DNA of 64,000 nucleotides from Octopus sinensis (Eukaryota), in contig NC_043014.1 of assembly GCF_006345805.1 (NCBI RefSeq), positions 11,780,001 through 11,844,000 of the forward strand, given 5' to 3'. Positions 49,991-64,000 of the stretch are shown in pieces. Below the pieces are notes generated by a model, which was not told the DNA's origin, made no database searches, and saw nothing but the letters and a program-made list of their open reading frames with translations. The translations under genes were made by a program, and so were the position numbers. Every line of letters begins with the position of its first letter. Positions within the stretch are counted from its first letter, which is position 1.

Positions 49991-51131
49991 GACGGGCTTC
50001 TTTCAGTTTCCGTCTACCAAATCCATTCACAAGCTTTGGTCGGCCCGAAGCTGTAGTAGAAGACACTTGCCCAAGGTGCCACGCAGTGGGACTGAGCCCG
50101 GAACCATGTAGTTGGTAATTAACCTTCTTACCACACAGCCACTCCTACGCCTATGTATATATATATATAACAATATAAATAATAAGGATTGCTACGAAGC
50201 TGCACAGCATTACCTTTAATTCGTTTACTATATACAGTTTTAAATAGACCAACACATGTTTCAATTCCATCGATTAATAACCATTGCAATTGCAACCCTA
50301 CTATAAAACCGTTGTAGTTTCTCAACTGACTTTGCTTGACATCCTTCGATTTGACTGTTTAAAGATTTTCGTTTATCTACCCTGTGTTGTATAATGTAGA
50401 GTTGTCCGTTAAGTTAGACGCGCACAGTCTACCGGGCACAGCCAGATCACCAGTGATTTCACATTTACATTAATGAACTACAGGGGCTCTTACCGGCGTC
50501 CTGGGTTAAACTCAACTCGCCTTGTCAGTTTATAAGATCACCGTAGAAATCATATGCTGATTTCATAAATGGTAAGAGTGTAAATCATAAATAATAAAGG
50601 TGGATTGTTGGCAATTTTTCAACCTAAAAGCAAAAATTTATGGCTGTGTGGTAAGTAGCTTGCTAACCAACCACATGGTTCCGGGTTCAGTCCCACTGCG
50701 TGGCATCATGGGCAAGTGTCTTCTGCTATAGCCCCAAGCCGACCAATGCCTTGTGAGTGGATTTGGTAGACGGAAACTGAAAGAAGCTTGTCGTATATAT
50801 GTATATATATGTGTATGTATGTGTATGTGTTTGTGTGTCAGTGTTTGTACCCCTAGCAATGCTTGACAACCGATGCTGGTGTGTTTACGTCCCCGTAACT
50901 TAGCGGTTCGACAAAAGAAACCGATAGAATAAGTACTGGGCTTACAAAGAATAAGTCTCGGGGTCGAGTTGCTCGACTAAAGGCGGTGCTCCAGCATGGC
51001 CGCAGTCAAATGACTGAAACATGTAAAAGAGTAAAAGAGTAAAGAGTACTAAAGCGACTAAGGGCGCTATTCAGCACCAGTATTGGTAGAAATAAGAGTG
51101 TGTGTGTGTAAGTGTATGTGTGTAAGTGTGT

Positions 51132-51192
<61 letters not shown>

Positions 51193-51732
51193 GAACTTTA
51201 TCATCTGGTGTTGTATTTCATGCTGGACACTGATGAAGTAAAGTGCAAGAGAGCATAATTGTCTTCACAATTGTTATGTAATTATTTCGGCTTTTTTTCA
51301 TGAGACGCTTTATCTTCAGTAAAGCACTGAATACCATACCCCCTTTTCTGCTTATAAACGCCACAGACTTGCACACACATACACAAACACACACATACAC
51401 ACACACGCACACACACACACATGCTCATGCACACATACATACATATATGTATGTATTTTTCTTTTATTTTTAAGGGACTCCTTTTAACAAATTTGTTCAA
51501 TTTAGCTTAGCTTAATTAATTTGTGTCTGGAGTTATGCTGTGAAAAGGAGAATGAAATAGTACTATACACGGCGACCAACGACTAAAATCATTAAGAACT
51601 TTGTTTTATATAAGAGAAAAAAATTAAGAATTAAAAATTAGAAATGGAATGCGTTTGTTCTTCAAATGAACTCAGGTCACCTTGAAGAAATTCTCTCGCC
51701 TTTGAAAGTAAATCACCAGAAGCAACTACGTG

Positions 51733-51784
<52 letters not shown>

Positions 51785-51807
51785 TATATATAATATATAT
51801 ATATATA

Positions 51808-51838
<31 letters not shown>

Positions 51839-51859
51839 CATACATACATACATACATAC

Positions 51860-51936
<77 letters not shown>

Positions 51937-52237
51937 CATATATATACATATATATATACGTATATATATATACATATATATAGCAAAAGCAATTAAGATT
52001 CAAGCGAATTCCAATGAATTCAAATGAATGCGGTACTTAACTTAGATGCACCAGAATTGTTTATGGTATTAACCATAAAATAATGTGGGGTGATTATAAC
52101 CAAGAAAAAGGCAACAAGAATGGATTAGTAGTTTAGTACAATTGTTTCATACTAAATAAAATTGCTCTTAGTATGAAACAATTGTACTAAACTACTAATC
52201 CATTCTTGTTGCTTTTTACTTGGTTATACATACATAC

Positions 52238-52298
<61 letters not shown>

Positions 52299-52309
52299 GT
52301 ATGTATACA

Positions 52310-53600
52310 TGATGATTGCTTCATCTTCAGATATGATAGCCGTCCCTTCAACATACACTCCACACCCCACAACACAGCACAATTACTCCGTTGATGAGCT
52401 CGTAGATGACTCTTAAGACCAGCTGCTGACTGACAGGCTTCAAAACACAAGTGACACATATTATCAAGTGTCTTCTATATCTTTGCTGTTTGGAATCTGA
52501 TCCTGAAGGAATGTTTTTGTGAACTAGCATATATGTCTATTAAGTCCAGATATTGTCTTACAAGTTTTTTGACATATGACACAAGTCGTCAGAGGTGGTT
52601 TGTGTCCAAGATCATTACCTATCTGGGCATTACGATTTTCATGTGACTTCATGATTCACGTATTCTGCTTTTGACAACAGAACACGGTCACATATTATTA
52701 GTGGTGGAAGCACTCCGTCGGTTACGACGACGACGGTTCCGGTTGATCCGAATCAACGGAACAGCCTGCTCGTGAAATTAACGTGTAAGTGGCTGAGCAC
52801 TCCACAGACACGTGTACCCTTAACGTAGTTCTCGGGGATATTCAGCGTGACACAGAGAGTGACAAGGCCGGCCCCTTGAAATACAATACAGGTGCAACAG
52901 AAACAGGAAGTAAGAGTGAGAGAAAGTTGTGGTGAAAGAGTACAGCAGGGATCACCACCATCCCCTGCCGGAGCCTGGTGGAGAGCTTTTAGGTGTTTTC
53001 GCTCAATAAACACTCACAACGCCCGGTCTGGGAATCGAAACCGCGATCCTATGACCGCGAGTCCGCTGCCCTAACCACTGGGCCATTGCGCCTCACATAT
53101 TATTACATATCCAATGTTCATTGTTGATTACAGTTCCAGTTGTTCCTTTGCGACAGGCCCTTTTAAGTTCAGAGTGCTGAATCATCTTTTCCTCCCAGGC
53201 ATTGCAACCAGTCCTAACAGCACCTCTCCACTTGTTCCGATCAAGAGCATCATTTCCCCAATCACTACTGTCCATATTTAGTTTAATCAGGTTTTCTTTT
53301 ACAGTCTTTATACTTTTTCCTCGGCTTATGTTGTGGTCGCTTACCAGAGTTGAGCTCACCATAAATAAGACGCTTTGGCAAACGCTCGTCTTTCATTCTA
53401 ATATTTCCAGGCCATCTCATCATTTGAGCCAAGATAACATGTTGTTCAGTTGAGCTGCAACGTGCCATGAGCAGAACCTCTGTATCTGGTATGAAACATT
53501 CCCACTTGACTCCTAAAATACGTCTGAGGCACTTTTGATGAAAACTCTCCACCATTTTTATGTGACGCTTGTAAATGGTCCATGTCCCACTTGAATAAAG
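52310..53600 (-). mobile_element. RTE-clade LINE 3' part with three C-terminal C2H2 fingers, split by a SINE (52703-53092)
   Basis: Reads [52 protein letters not shown] tcacatattatta. Confidence 0.82.
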
Positions 53601-53619
53601 ATGTTCAAACAATACACAT

Positions 53620-53660
<41 letters not shown>

Positions 53661-53673
53661 TGTGTGTGTGTGT

Positions 53674-53728
<55 letters not shown>

Positions 53729-54339
53729 ATGTGTGTGTGTGTGTTTGTATGTGTGTGTGTATGTATATATATATATATCTATATATGTGTTTATATGTAT
53801 ATATATATATATGCATATATTTATATATGGATATATGTATATATATACATATATATATATGTATGTATCTATGTATGTTTGTGTGTGTATATATATGTAT
53901 CTATGTACTTGTGTGTGTGTGTGTGTGTGCGCGTGTGTATTATATTTCTAAAAAAGTTGAGAGTTACCCTTCGACATTTTCTCTCCCAAAAGGTTTTTCA
54001 GTCCAATATTTATAATTAATAGCTTTAGGTGTATGCTTCAAGATTAGTTCACGTTCTCTCGAAAGTTTAAAACTAATTCTCCTGAAATCAACAACATATA
54101 CATATATATATATATATGGGGGTAGAGAGCACGTGTGTATGCATTTATGTATGGATGGATGCATGCATGCTTGCTTGAATGTTATCTGTCTGTCTGTATA
54201 TATGTGTGGCGGTGTGTGTATGTTAATTAGCAAACAATTGGTAACATAATATGGAAGCTTAGTTGAAATTCTTTTGGCAGAAATTTTAAAATATTCTTTG
54301 CGTCAAAGACTTAATCCCCATCTCCTGCAACTACTCCCT

Positions 54340-54830
54340 TCCTCCACTCTCTCTCTCTCTTTGTCTCTTTTTATACAACTCTTCCCGCTCCCCATCTTTA
54401 TATCTATTCCATTCTTTCTTTCTTTCTTTCTTCCTCACTCTCTCCGACATCACTTTTCATCGTCTCATTTCTTCCACTCCTTCCCCCTCCCCCTCCCTCA
54501 CTCTCTCTATGTCTGTCATTCCTTCTCTCCCTGTTTCTATCTCTCTCTCTCTTCCTCACTTTCTGTCTGTCGCTCCGTCTCTCACTGTCTTTCACTGTCT
54601 CTATGTCTGTCACTCCTTCTCTCTCTCTCTCTCTCTCTCTCTCATTGTCCTCTATGTCTGTCACTCTTCGTCTCTCTCTGTCTCTCACTGTCTCTCACTG
54701 TCTCTAAGTCTGTCGCTCCTCCTCTCTCTCTCTCTTTCTGCCTCTATCTGTTTCTATGTCTGTTGCTCCTTCTCTTTCTCTCTCTCCATCACAGTCTATG
54801 TCTGGCGCTCTCCCCACCCCACCCCACTTC
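54340..54830. repeat. CT-rich low-complexity tract
   Basis: Direct inspection. Confidence 0.9.
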
Positions 54831-56304
54831 CTTCATCTTGCCGTCTCATTCCGACTTAGAAAGGTCACAGAACAAAACTGTAACATTAAATCAAGCACGG
54901 GCAACCTTTATGAAGAAAACGGGCCGCATGAGACAAGGCTCATCATCAGGCATACTACACTACTTCAAAAAGCTACGCGGGCCGCAGTTTACCCACGACC
55001 GCATGAAACTGAATTGATGTCCTGTTGTTCTTTAGTTCCAGGTCAGATCCAGATCTAAAATAAAAACCGTTCTAATATCAAAACCATTCCACAATCATCC
55101 TGTTTTTCTTGGTGTGTAGGAGCAGGCAGCATGCTTATGGAGTAAGATCTCACTTCCCACCCACGGAGTTTCGAATTCAGTTCCACTGTGCAGTACCTTA
55201 GGCAAGACTCTTTCACTATTGCCCCGAGAAGGCGGCGGGCTGGCAGAAACGGTAGCACACCGGGCGAAATGCTTAGCGGTATTTCGTCTACCGCTACGTT
55301 CTGAGTTTAAATTCGCCGAGGTCGACTTTACCTTTCTTCCTTTCGGGGTCGATTAAGTAAGTACCAGTTACGCACTGGGGTCGATGTAATCGACTTAATC
55401 CGTTTGTCTGTCCTTGTTTGTCCTCTATGTGTTTAGCCCCTTGTGGCTAGTAAAGAAATAGATATTTCGTCCGTCGCTACGTTCTGAGATCAAATTCCGC
55501 CGAGGTTGACTTTGCCCTTCATCCTTCCGGGGTCGATTAGTACCAGTTACGCACTCGGGTCGATGTAATCGACTTAATCCGTGTGTCTGTCCTGGTTTGT
55601 CTCCTCTATGTTTAGCCCCTTGTGGGCAATAAAGAAATAAATATTGCCTCGAGTAAACCAAAGACTTTCGAGTGGATTTGGTAGATTTGATGAACTAAAA
55701 GCGGCCCTTCGTATATGAATGAGCGTGCATCCATCCATCCATCCATCCATCCATCCATCCATCCATCCATCCATACATACATACATACATACATACATAT
55801 CAATCTTGAGGAATTAGGTTTCTCATTAGGTTTCCGGGTTCAGTGTCACTATATCCTCGGGCTGACCAAAGCTTTGCGAGTGGATTTGGTAGACAGAAAC
55901 TGAAAGAAGCCCGCCGTATATATAAGACACACATACATACAGACACAAATACATACACACACATATATATGTATGTATGTGTGTCGTGTTTTTGAGTTCG
56001 TGTGCTTACGTTCCTGTAACTTAACGGTTCGGCAAAAGGTTCCGATAGAACAAGTACTGGGCTTACAAAGTACAAGTCCTTAGGTCGATTTCTTTGATGA
56101 AAACCCTTTAAGGTGATGCTCCAGCATGGCTAAAGTCAAATGACTGAAGAAGGTAAAGGAATAAAAGAACATACTTGTACGTATGCTTTTCATTATATAT
56201 ATATATATATATATTTTTAATTGTTTTTCAGTGCAAATATTTTTTTAACTTTTTATTATAATCTATAGTTTGTAGTCCTGTCTCTGTCTATTTGTCTGTC
56301 TATA

Positions 56305-57479
56305 TTAGGTTGTCAAGAAAGTTCTTGCGGTTTTTAACCGTTAAATTCAGATGCACATATCTCGGCTCAAACAAAACTTTATTAATTGAAGTAAACACCA
56401 TCAGAATCAACACACTTTTGCCAACGCGAAACAAGTTTATTTATGCCAGCAGCATAAAAATCCTGCGTTCTGGTGGCGATGAAGTCGTTGAAGCCGTGTT
56501 TGGCATCGTCTTGGTTTTTGAAGCATTTTTTATGCAGGAAGTTGTCAAGATGCTTGAAAAAGTGGTAGTCGGTAGGTGAGCGGTCTGGTGAGTATGGCGG
56601 ATGAGGCAGAGTTCTGTAGCCCAATTCGTTCAACTTCTGCAGGGTCAGTTGTGCGACGTGCGGCCGAGCGTTGTCCTGGAGAAGAACTGGTCCCTTTCTA
56701 TTGACCAATGCTGGCTGTTGTCGGAGTTTCTTATGCATTTCATCAATTTCCTGACAGTGCTGTGGAGCTTCGTCGGTGTCCAAGCATTATGCTGAGTGTC
56801 GCCGGTTGTCGTAAAGAATCCACTTTTCATCGCAAGTCACAATCCGGTCGAGAAACGGGTCGTTCTTGTTGCGTAAAAGAAGGGAAGACGACACTTCAGA
56901 ACGGCGTTTTTCTTTTTTTTGGTTGTCGTTCGATTCGTGCGGCACACATTTCTCAAATATTTTTGTTTTTCCAATCTCTTTCAAATGGTTGGAAATTGTC
57001 GTACACGTTACGTCTAATTCAGAAGCAAGCCCTCGAACAGTTGTGCATGGATTGGCTTCGACTAAGGCTCTTCGTTGATTGTTGTCAACATCCGAAGGCC
57101 GACCACTACGCTTATCCTCTTCAAGACCCTCGTCACCGCTACGAAATTTCTTGAACCACCATTGGCCTGTACGTTCATTAGTGGTTCCTGGGCCAAACGC
57201 ATCGTTGATATCGCGAGCTATTTCAACAGCTTTTCGGCCTAGCTTGAACTGGAATAAGAAAATTATGTGCGAATTTGCTTTTTGTACATGTTGTATTCAA
57301 CGTTCCGGAAAAAAATTGTCTAATCATTCAAAAAGAAAAAGGGTAACCCGATTAGATAGAGCGAAAAATGGGCTTTAGAATGATATATAAAGTCTAAGTA
57401 ATTTAACGAAAATGAATTTGAAAATACATCATTTAAATCTCAAATTAAAAATTCCGCAAGAGCTTTCTTGACAACCAAA
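56305..57479 (-). mobile_element. Hsmar1-like (cecropia-type) mariner, non-functional
   Basis: TIR ttaggttgtcaagaaagttcttgcgg at both ends. Transposase remnants FLDRIVTCDEKWILYDN, DNARPH, HPPYSPD.SPTDYHFFKHLDNFL, with frameshifts and an internal deletion. Confidence 0.95.
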
Positions 57480-57624
57480 TGTGTGTGTATGTGTGTGTGT
57501 GTGTGTGTGTGTCTTTATGCATTATATATATTTTAAAAACAGCGTCCTTGTTTTTAAACTATATATATCGCAGAAACGGAGTCTGACAGATTGCTTTAAG
57601 ATACGAAATTTTATAAATACACAC

Positions 57625-57699
<75 letters not shown>

Positions 57700-57761
57700 C
57701 GCACGCGCGCACACACACACACACGCACACACGCACACACACACACACATACGCACACACA

Positions 57762-57792
<31 letters not shown>

Positions 57793-57849
57793 CTCACAGA
57801 TAATCAGACAGACACACAGAGACATACATACACACACACTGGTGAATTT

Positions 57850-60250
57850 GAGTCAGAATTGGCCCAGGCCATAACTACGTAATTATGTATGTTTCACATT
57901 CTCTGTAGAACTGCTTCCAGTATTTCACTGTCTATTTCCTGTTGCTTTCGCTGAACATGCCTTCAGTAGTCCTGCTACAGTTTTTTAAGCCATACAGTTC
58001 ATTTGTTGAATTAATCATGTTTCCCATACAATTCTCCAGTTTTTATGGGGGTGTCTTTTACAAAGATTGAGCCTTTCGCATTGAAGCAGCGATAAACTGG
58101 CAAAGAATATTTTTAGCATTTACTGTTGTTATGGGAGTTTAATTCTCAAAAAGGGGAGATGTTATGGGAGAATCTTGTACACCCTCACGTGACTGAAAGT
58201 AGACCAACGGATTTCAATAAGGAAGTGTGTGAACTGTCAGGGCCAATTGACAGTTGTTGGTCGACCATGTTTAAGGTGTTGAGCTGGCAGAAACGTTAGC
58301 ACGCCGTCGAAATTCTTAGCGGTATTTCGTCAGTCTTTACGTTCTGAGTTCAAATTCCGTCGAGGTCGACTTTGCCTTTCATCCTTTCAGGGTCGATTAA
58401 ATAAGTACCAGTTACGCACTGAGGTCGATGTAATCGACTTAATCCGTTTGTCTGTCCTTGTTTGTCCTCTCTGTGTTTAGCCCCTTGTGGGTAGTAAAGA
58501 AAAAGGTATTTCGACTGTTTGATGGCGGCGAGCTGGCAGAAACTTTAGCACGCCGGGCGAAATGCTTAGCAGTATTTCGTCTGCCGCTACGTTCTGAGTT
58601 CAAATTCCGCCGAGGTCGACTTTGCCTTTCATCCTTTTGGGGTCGATTAAATAAGTACCAGTTACACACTGGTATCGATATAATCGATTCAATCCGTTTG
58701 TTGTCCTTGTTCGTCCCCTCTGTGTATAGCTCCTAGTGGGTAGTAAAGAAATACATATTGGTTACTGTGTTAGTGCGACGTGTCTGGGTTTAATATCGTA
58801 CCTACGTTCGAGTGGTACGGAACGCATTCTGTGTGAACATAATAACTCTGCGATAGGTTATTCTACATAACCACATCAAAATATTTATTTGGTTAATATT
58901 TTATACCCGACGTGTACACCACCCGTCATAACAACCGTTTATATATTGTAGATTTAGATTTTGGTTTTTCAGCTGTTGCTCGGTGTTGTTGTTTCAGCTG
59001 ATGCAATTTGGAGTTTAGATTTTTAAATCCTGTATCACCAAATCACCTCTCTCATTTTGGGTTTTTTTTATTATTATTATTTTCTGAGATCTTCCTCATG
59101 TCGTGTGAAGTTGTTTTCTGTGTTATATTTCTATTTCTTTACTATACACAAGGGGCTAAACACAGATAGGACAAACAAGGACAGACAAACGGATTAAGTC
59201 GATTATATCGACCCCAGTGCGTAACTGGTATTTATTTAATCGACCCCGAAAGGATGAAAGGCAAAGTCGACCTCGGCGGAATTTGAACTCAGAACGTAAC
59301 GACAGACGAAATACCTATTTCTTTATTACCCACAAGGGGCTAAACACAGAGGGGACAAACAAGGATAGACAAAGGGATTAAGTCGATTATATCGACCCCA
59401 GTGCGTAACTGGTACTTATTTAATCGACCCCGAAAGGATGAAAGGCAAAGTCGACTTCGGCGGAATTTGAACTCAGAACGTAACGACAGACGAAATACCT
59501 ATTTCTTTATTACCCACAAGGGGCTAAACACAGAGGGGACAAACAAGGATAGACAAAGGGATTAAGTCGATTACATCGACCTCAGCGCGTAACTGGTACT
59601 TAATTTATCGACCCCGAAAGGATGAAAGGCAAAGTCGACTTCGGCGGAATTTGAACTCAGAACATAACGGCAGACGAAATACCGCTACGCATTTCGCCCG
59701 GCGTGCTAACGTTTCTGCCAGCTCGCCGCCTTTTTCTGTTTTATATTTCATAATTACAGCGATCTGTGAGATATTCTTTCGTAGGAATACAATTTTATAT
59801 TTTAAACTACCATGCTGGTTCAGGCTTTAAACTGCTGTAATCTCAATTGCGTGGCTTCAGTTCTCTGGCGATGCGCTAGTAATGTAATAGCTAAGACATA
59901 CATCAAAAGGTTAATGGTTTTGTAGATTGTTTTCATATCTCGAGACTGTGTGGTCTTCAGATATGTGTTTGCCATTTCGTTTCCGCCTTTCATTCTAATT
60001 TACTGGGCTCTTTACTTATTCTGTATGGCATGTCATTCAAATTAAGCATCTCGGATCACTTGTAAGACGTTTTTGGTATTCCTCTGTTTGTACAGCATAG
60101 ATATGAATTTCAGCTAATTGGAGTGTTGTTTACCGCTAGCCTTAGCTAACTATTCTGTCTGTCCTTCAGTGGAAGTGGGGTGATAATCTTCAACGGTTGG
60201 TTTCTTAATGCCAGCCTGCTTTGAATCAGATATGTCCGTTAGTTGTATCA
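57850..60250 (-). mobile_element. Possible very old R4/Dong-like LINE fragments with inserted SINEs
   Basis: Broken frames such as WRIVWE...WLKKL...IDSEILEAVLQRM and LHQLKQQ. Confidence 0.3.
59133..59730 (-). mobile_element. Young family-A SINE trimer
   Basis: Near-identical 184-bp units. Flanks share ttttctgt(g/t)ttatatttc (TSD). Confidence 0.92.
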
Positions 60251-61313
60251 ATTTACATCTAACGATACGTTTGCTGGTCATTTAAATGTCTTTTTTTTTT
60301 TGGAAGGGGTGGAATCTGGCGCCATGTAACCCCTCATAACTTATTTATTTTTTGGAACTTCCAGAAAATTTTTTTACGAGTTTGCGTTCTACACACGGGA
60401 ATTCAGTGGAAATTTTGAAGTTTAGTAGAAGGTTTTTAAATTTGGTGTGTTGATGTAATTTTCCACGCTGAATCTCAGGGGCTGATTCACTTTTCCCCAA
60501 AACATTTTTGAAAAAAGTTACATGTGCAGGAGTGGCTGTGTTGTTTGTGAGTGGATTTGGTAGGCGGAAACTGAAAGAAACCCGTCGTATATATGTATAT
60601 ATATGTGTGTGTGTATGTGTGTGTTTTTGTGTCTTTGTCCCCCAAAATCGCTTGACAACCGATGGTGGTGTGTTTACGCCTCCGTAACTTAGCGGTTCGA
60701 CAAAAGAGACCGATAGAATAAGTACTAGGCTTACAAAGAATAAGTCCTGGGATCGATTTGCTCGACTAAAGGCGGTGCTCCAGCATGGCCGCAGTCAAAT
60801 GACTGAAACAAGTAAAAGAATAAAGGAATAAAGAAGTTTGGAGTTTGTTCATTTCTATCCAGTCAGAAAACAGGATTTGGTAGTTCCCATCTTGTGCGTG
60901 ACTGCACGTGTTATCAATTGTAGACAAATGAAATATTGGTAGAATCCTGCTTTACACACGCCATATAACCCCTCATTACCTCTTTATCTTTTGGAATTTT
61001 CAGAAACATTTTGCGAATTTTCATTCTACACACGGGAATTCATACGATTATGCAAATTTAATTTTTTTTTATTGGTGCATGATTAAAGATCTATTTAGCT
61101 AGTATTTTTAGCACATCCCATGACCACCTGCGTTTTAAGCATTTAATAAGCGAAAAATGACCACGTGAGTAAGCAACTCCGTAACAGTTTGGCTTGTTAC
61201 TATGGAAAGCCTAGTACTTATTCTATCAGTCTTTTGCCGAAACGCTAAGTTACGGGGACGTAAACAACAGCATCGGCTGTCAAGCGATGTTGGAGAGGAA
61301 AAATACAGACACA

Positions 61314-61382
<69 letters not shown>

Positions 61383-61855
61383 ACACACAAATATATATAC
61401 ATATACATATATACGACGGGCTTCTTTGAGTTTCTGTCTACCAAATCCACTCACAAAGCTTTGGTCGGCCCGAGGCAATAGTAGAAGACACTTGCCCAAG
61501 GTACCACGCAGTGGGACTGAACGCGGAACCATGTGGTTGGTAAGCAAGCTACTAACCACACAGTCACTCCTGCGTCTATAAAGCCACTCCTGGGCCTAGA
61601 TAATGATCTTTAAAAGTTTCAACTAAGTTCTGTCTGAATCAAATTTAGTTGTTCACAGCTTGCGCAAGGTTTCCAATCAGGTAATTTGTAATTCTACAAC
61701 TGTATTTAGACATACATATTGAACGGGTCATTTTTTTTGTTTTTCGTGAATTGCTTTCAAGAGTTACCTGACTTACTTCTTTACGTGTGTATCTTTACAG
61801 CACTGTGTTTACGTATATATGTTAAGATGCATCTTTTGTTTATATAGATTTGCTG

Positions 61856-61915
<60 letters not shown>

Positions 61916-62012
61916 ACGGGAAGCTTTATGAAAATAAACAAAAGACGAAGGCAGGTGGAATACAAACAAACAATTGTATTTGTATGGCACTCAGGAATAG
62001 AAATAAAACAAG

Positions 62013-62050
62013 TCTTTTACGTTTCGAGCCTACGCTCTTCAACAGAAAGA
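62013..62050 (-). ncRNA. Minimal hammerhead-like motif with CUGUUGA core, in a TA-flanked Penelope-like terminus (61915-62097)
   Basis: Minus strand: tcttt-CTGTTGA-A-GAGC gtag GCTC-GAAAC-GTA-aaaga. Confidence 0.6.
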
Positions 62051-62095
62051 TACACAGAAAAGAAACACGGAAAGAAACAAGGAGAAAAAAAATGC

Positions 62096-62132
<37 letters not shown>

Positions 62133-62447
62133 GTTTAAAACACTTATGTGGAAATATTCGTATGTCATCTTTTGCAGCTTAACTTTTCTAATATTTGGCA
62201 TGTTGCCTTCATATGAACAGTAACAACACACGTCTGAATATCGGACCAATCATAACGCTCATGTTTTTATGTATAAATATATGTCAAAACGGGTCGCTCA
62301 GTGGTTAGAGTGTCGGGTTCTCAATCGTGAGGTTGTGAGTTCGAATCCCAGACCGGGCCGCATGTTGTGTTCTTGAGCAAGACACTTTATTTCACGTTGC
62401 TCCAGTTCACTCACCTGTAGAAATGATTTGCGACGTCACAGTGCTGA

Positions 62448-62990
62448 CCACACCACTGCCGCCATCACCATCATCACCATCACCAACAACAATTTTACCA
62501 CTAACATCACCACCACCACCACCACTACTACTACCACTACCACCAGCAACAGCATCACCAATACCACTACCACCACCACTACCAACATCACCATCATCAT
62601 TTCCAACACTATCACCAACAATGACAATACAACTACCACAGCCGCCGCCACCGCCACAGCCAGCACCGACTCCACAGCCGCCAACGCCACTAACAACAAT
62701 ACAATCACCACTACCACCACCACCACCACCATCACCACCACCACCACCACCACCACCAGCATCGTCATCAATAATAACAACAACAACACCAAGCAGCAGA
62801 AACAAAATCGCCACCATCTCCATTCACATCACCCCCCCACCACCAAGAAAACTAACACTTTTCTGCACCACCACCACCACCATTATCACTTTTACCACCG
62901 CCATTTTCACCACCACCACCTCCACCATTTCAATCATCGCCATTATTTCCACCACCACCTGCATCTCTACCAAGTACGACAACATCCTCA
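62448..62990. repeat. Degenerate (CAC/CAA/CAT)n trinucleotide tract
   Basis: Open in several frames on both strands and begins directly at a truncated SINE. Confidence 0.9.
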
Positions 62991-63391
62991 TAACTTCTTG
63001 GTAAAATCTGAATCGTAAGCCTATTATACGAAGCCAAATGTAGCGTTATGTAAATTATTTATATAGCGAAATCCGGAATTCAAGAACAGTCGATGATGGT
63101 GATGGTGGTTGTGGTGGAGCCAGCATGGTTAGCGATAAATCAAAGAAGAGAATGAGGAATGCTGAATAAATTAAATTGCCATATGGAGGAATAGAAAGGG
63201 TGATGCTATGGGCTCCATGAAGAATTTCCAGCAAGACGAGGGAATTAGACTGGGATGGTGGTGTGTCTAATAGTATAGTGAATGTCTAATTGTGTATGTC
63301 GGATGCCATTTCTGTCTTCGTCTGTCGCTTGCTTTTTTTTTCATTCTGTCTATCGATTAGACACGCGTGCACATGCACACACACATGCATG

Positions 63392-63422
<31 letters not shown>

Positions 63423-64000
63423 ACACATAAACATGCAGAAACTCGCATATATAAGGTTAACACATATGGCGTATAATATGTCTTCTACTATAGCCTCGGG
63501 CCGACCAAAGCTTTGTGAGTGGATTTGGTAGACGGAAACTGAAAGAAGCCCGTCGTATATATAAGTATATGTATATATATGTATGTGCGTGTATATGTTT
63601 GTGTGTCTGTGTTTGTCCCCCCAACTTCGCTTGTCAACCGATGGTGGTGTGTTTAGGTCCCCGTAACTTAGCGGTTCGGTAAAAGAGACCGATAGAATAA
63701 GTACTAGGCTTCCAAAGAATAAGTCCTGGGGTCGATTTGTTCGACTAAAAAGCGATGTTCCAGCATGGCCACAGTCAAATGACTGAAACAAGTAAAAGAG
63801 TAAAAAGAGTGAGTAGTCGCAATGAGGATATTCAAATCTCTTATAGGGATATTTATCCAAGATACATTGGTTTAATATATTAAATTTTGAAGAGATAATT
63901 CTTCAGTGAATATATTATATAGAATATCGTAAGCTATCAAACATTTTGATTGAGTTAGAAAACAGAGATGGATATAAATTATTTTGTTAATTAACTAGCA

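Noticed and set aside
54274-55058. 247-aa Ser/Leu-rich ORF
   Set aside because: CT-rich low-complexity DNA followed by a probable hAT-like end (gcgggccgcagttt).
59133-59730. Regularly spaced repeats suggestive of a CRISPR array
   Set aside because: Whole 184-bp units repeat with no unique spacers; eukaryotic SINE multimer.
62407-63018. Pro-, Thr/His- and Gly-rich ORFs resembling extensin or mucin
   Set aside because: Trinucleotide tract open in several frames on both strands and starting in a SINE.

Overview
This is AT-rich, repeat-saturated animal DNA. The SINE families and microsatellite load point to an octopus genome, which is my inference and not a verified assignment. The only host gene I can support is a plus-strand inositol monophosphatase (IMPA1/2 family). 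Its readable coding exons are 19209-19352, 19927/19933-20026, 20891-20996, 23397-23551 and 25926-26032, and the 100-N gap at 19827-19926 must hide about three more exons, including the DPIDGT motif. The rest is mobile or simple DNA: several tRNA-derived SINE families (often nested or multimerised), LINE fragments (RTE, CR1/Jockey-like, Tx1/L1-like, R4/Dong-like, Hero-like), mariner/Tc1 elements, MITEs, non-autonomous Helitrons, long palindromes and microsatellites. Almost all ORFs in the supplied track are microsatellite or SINE artefacts. The most interesting signals are: (1) several Penelope-type minimal hammerhead-ribozyme motifs, including a tandem pair just upstream of the first IMPA coding exon, a recurring CUGUnGA core variant, and a tRNA-headed SINE ending in a hammerhead remnant; (2) a 1.7-kb ORF1-only retroelement whose 3' end is shared with a Tx1/L1-like LINE and with the commonest SINE; (3) precise 184-bp SINE multimers; (4) a 31-bp hairpin that begins inside the IMPA stop codon.
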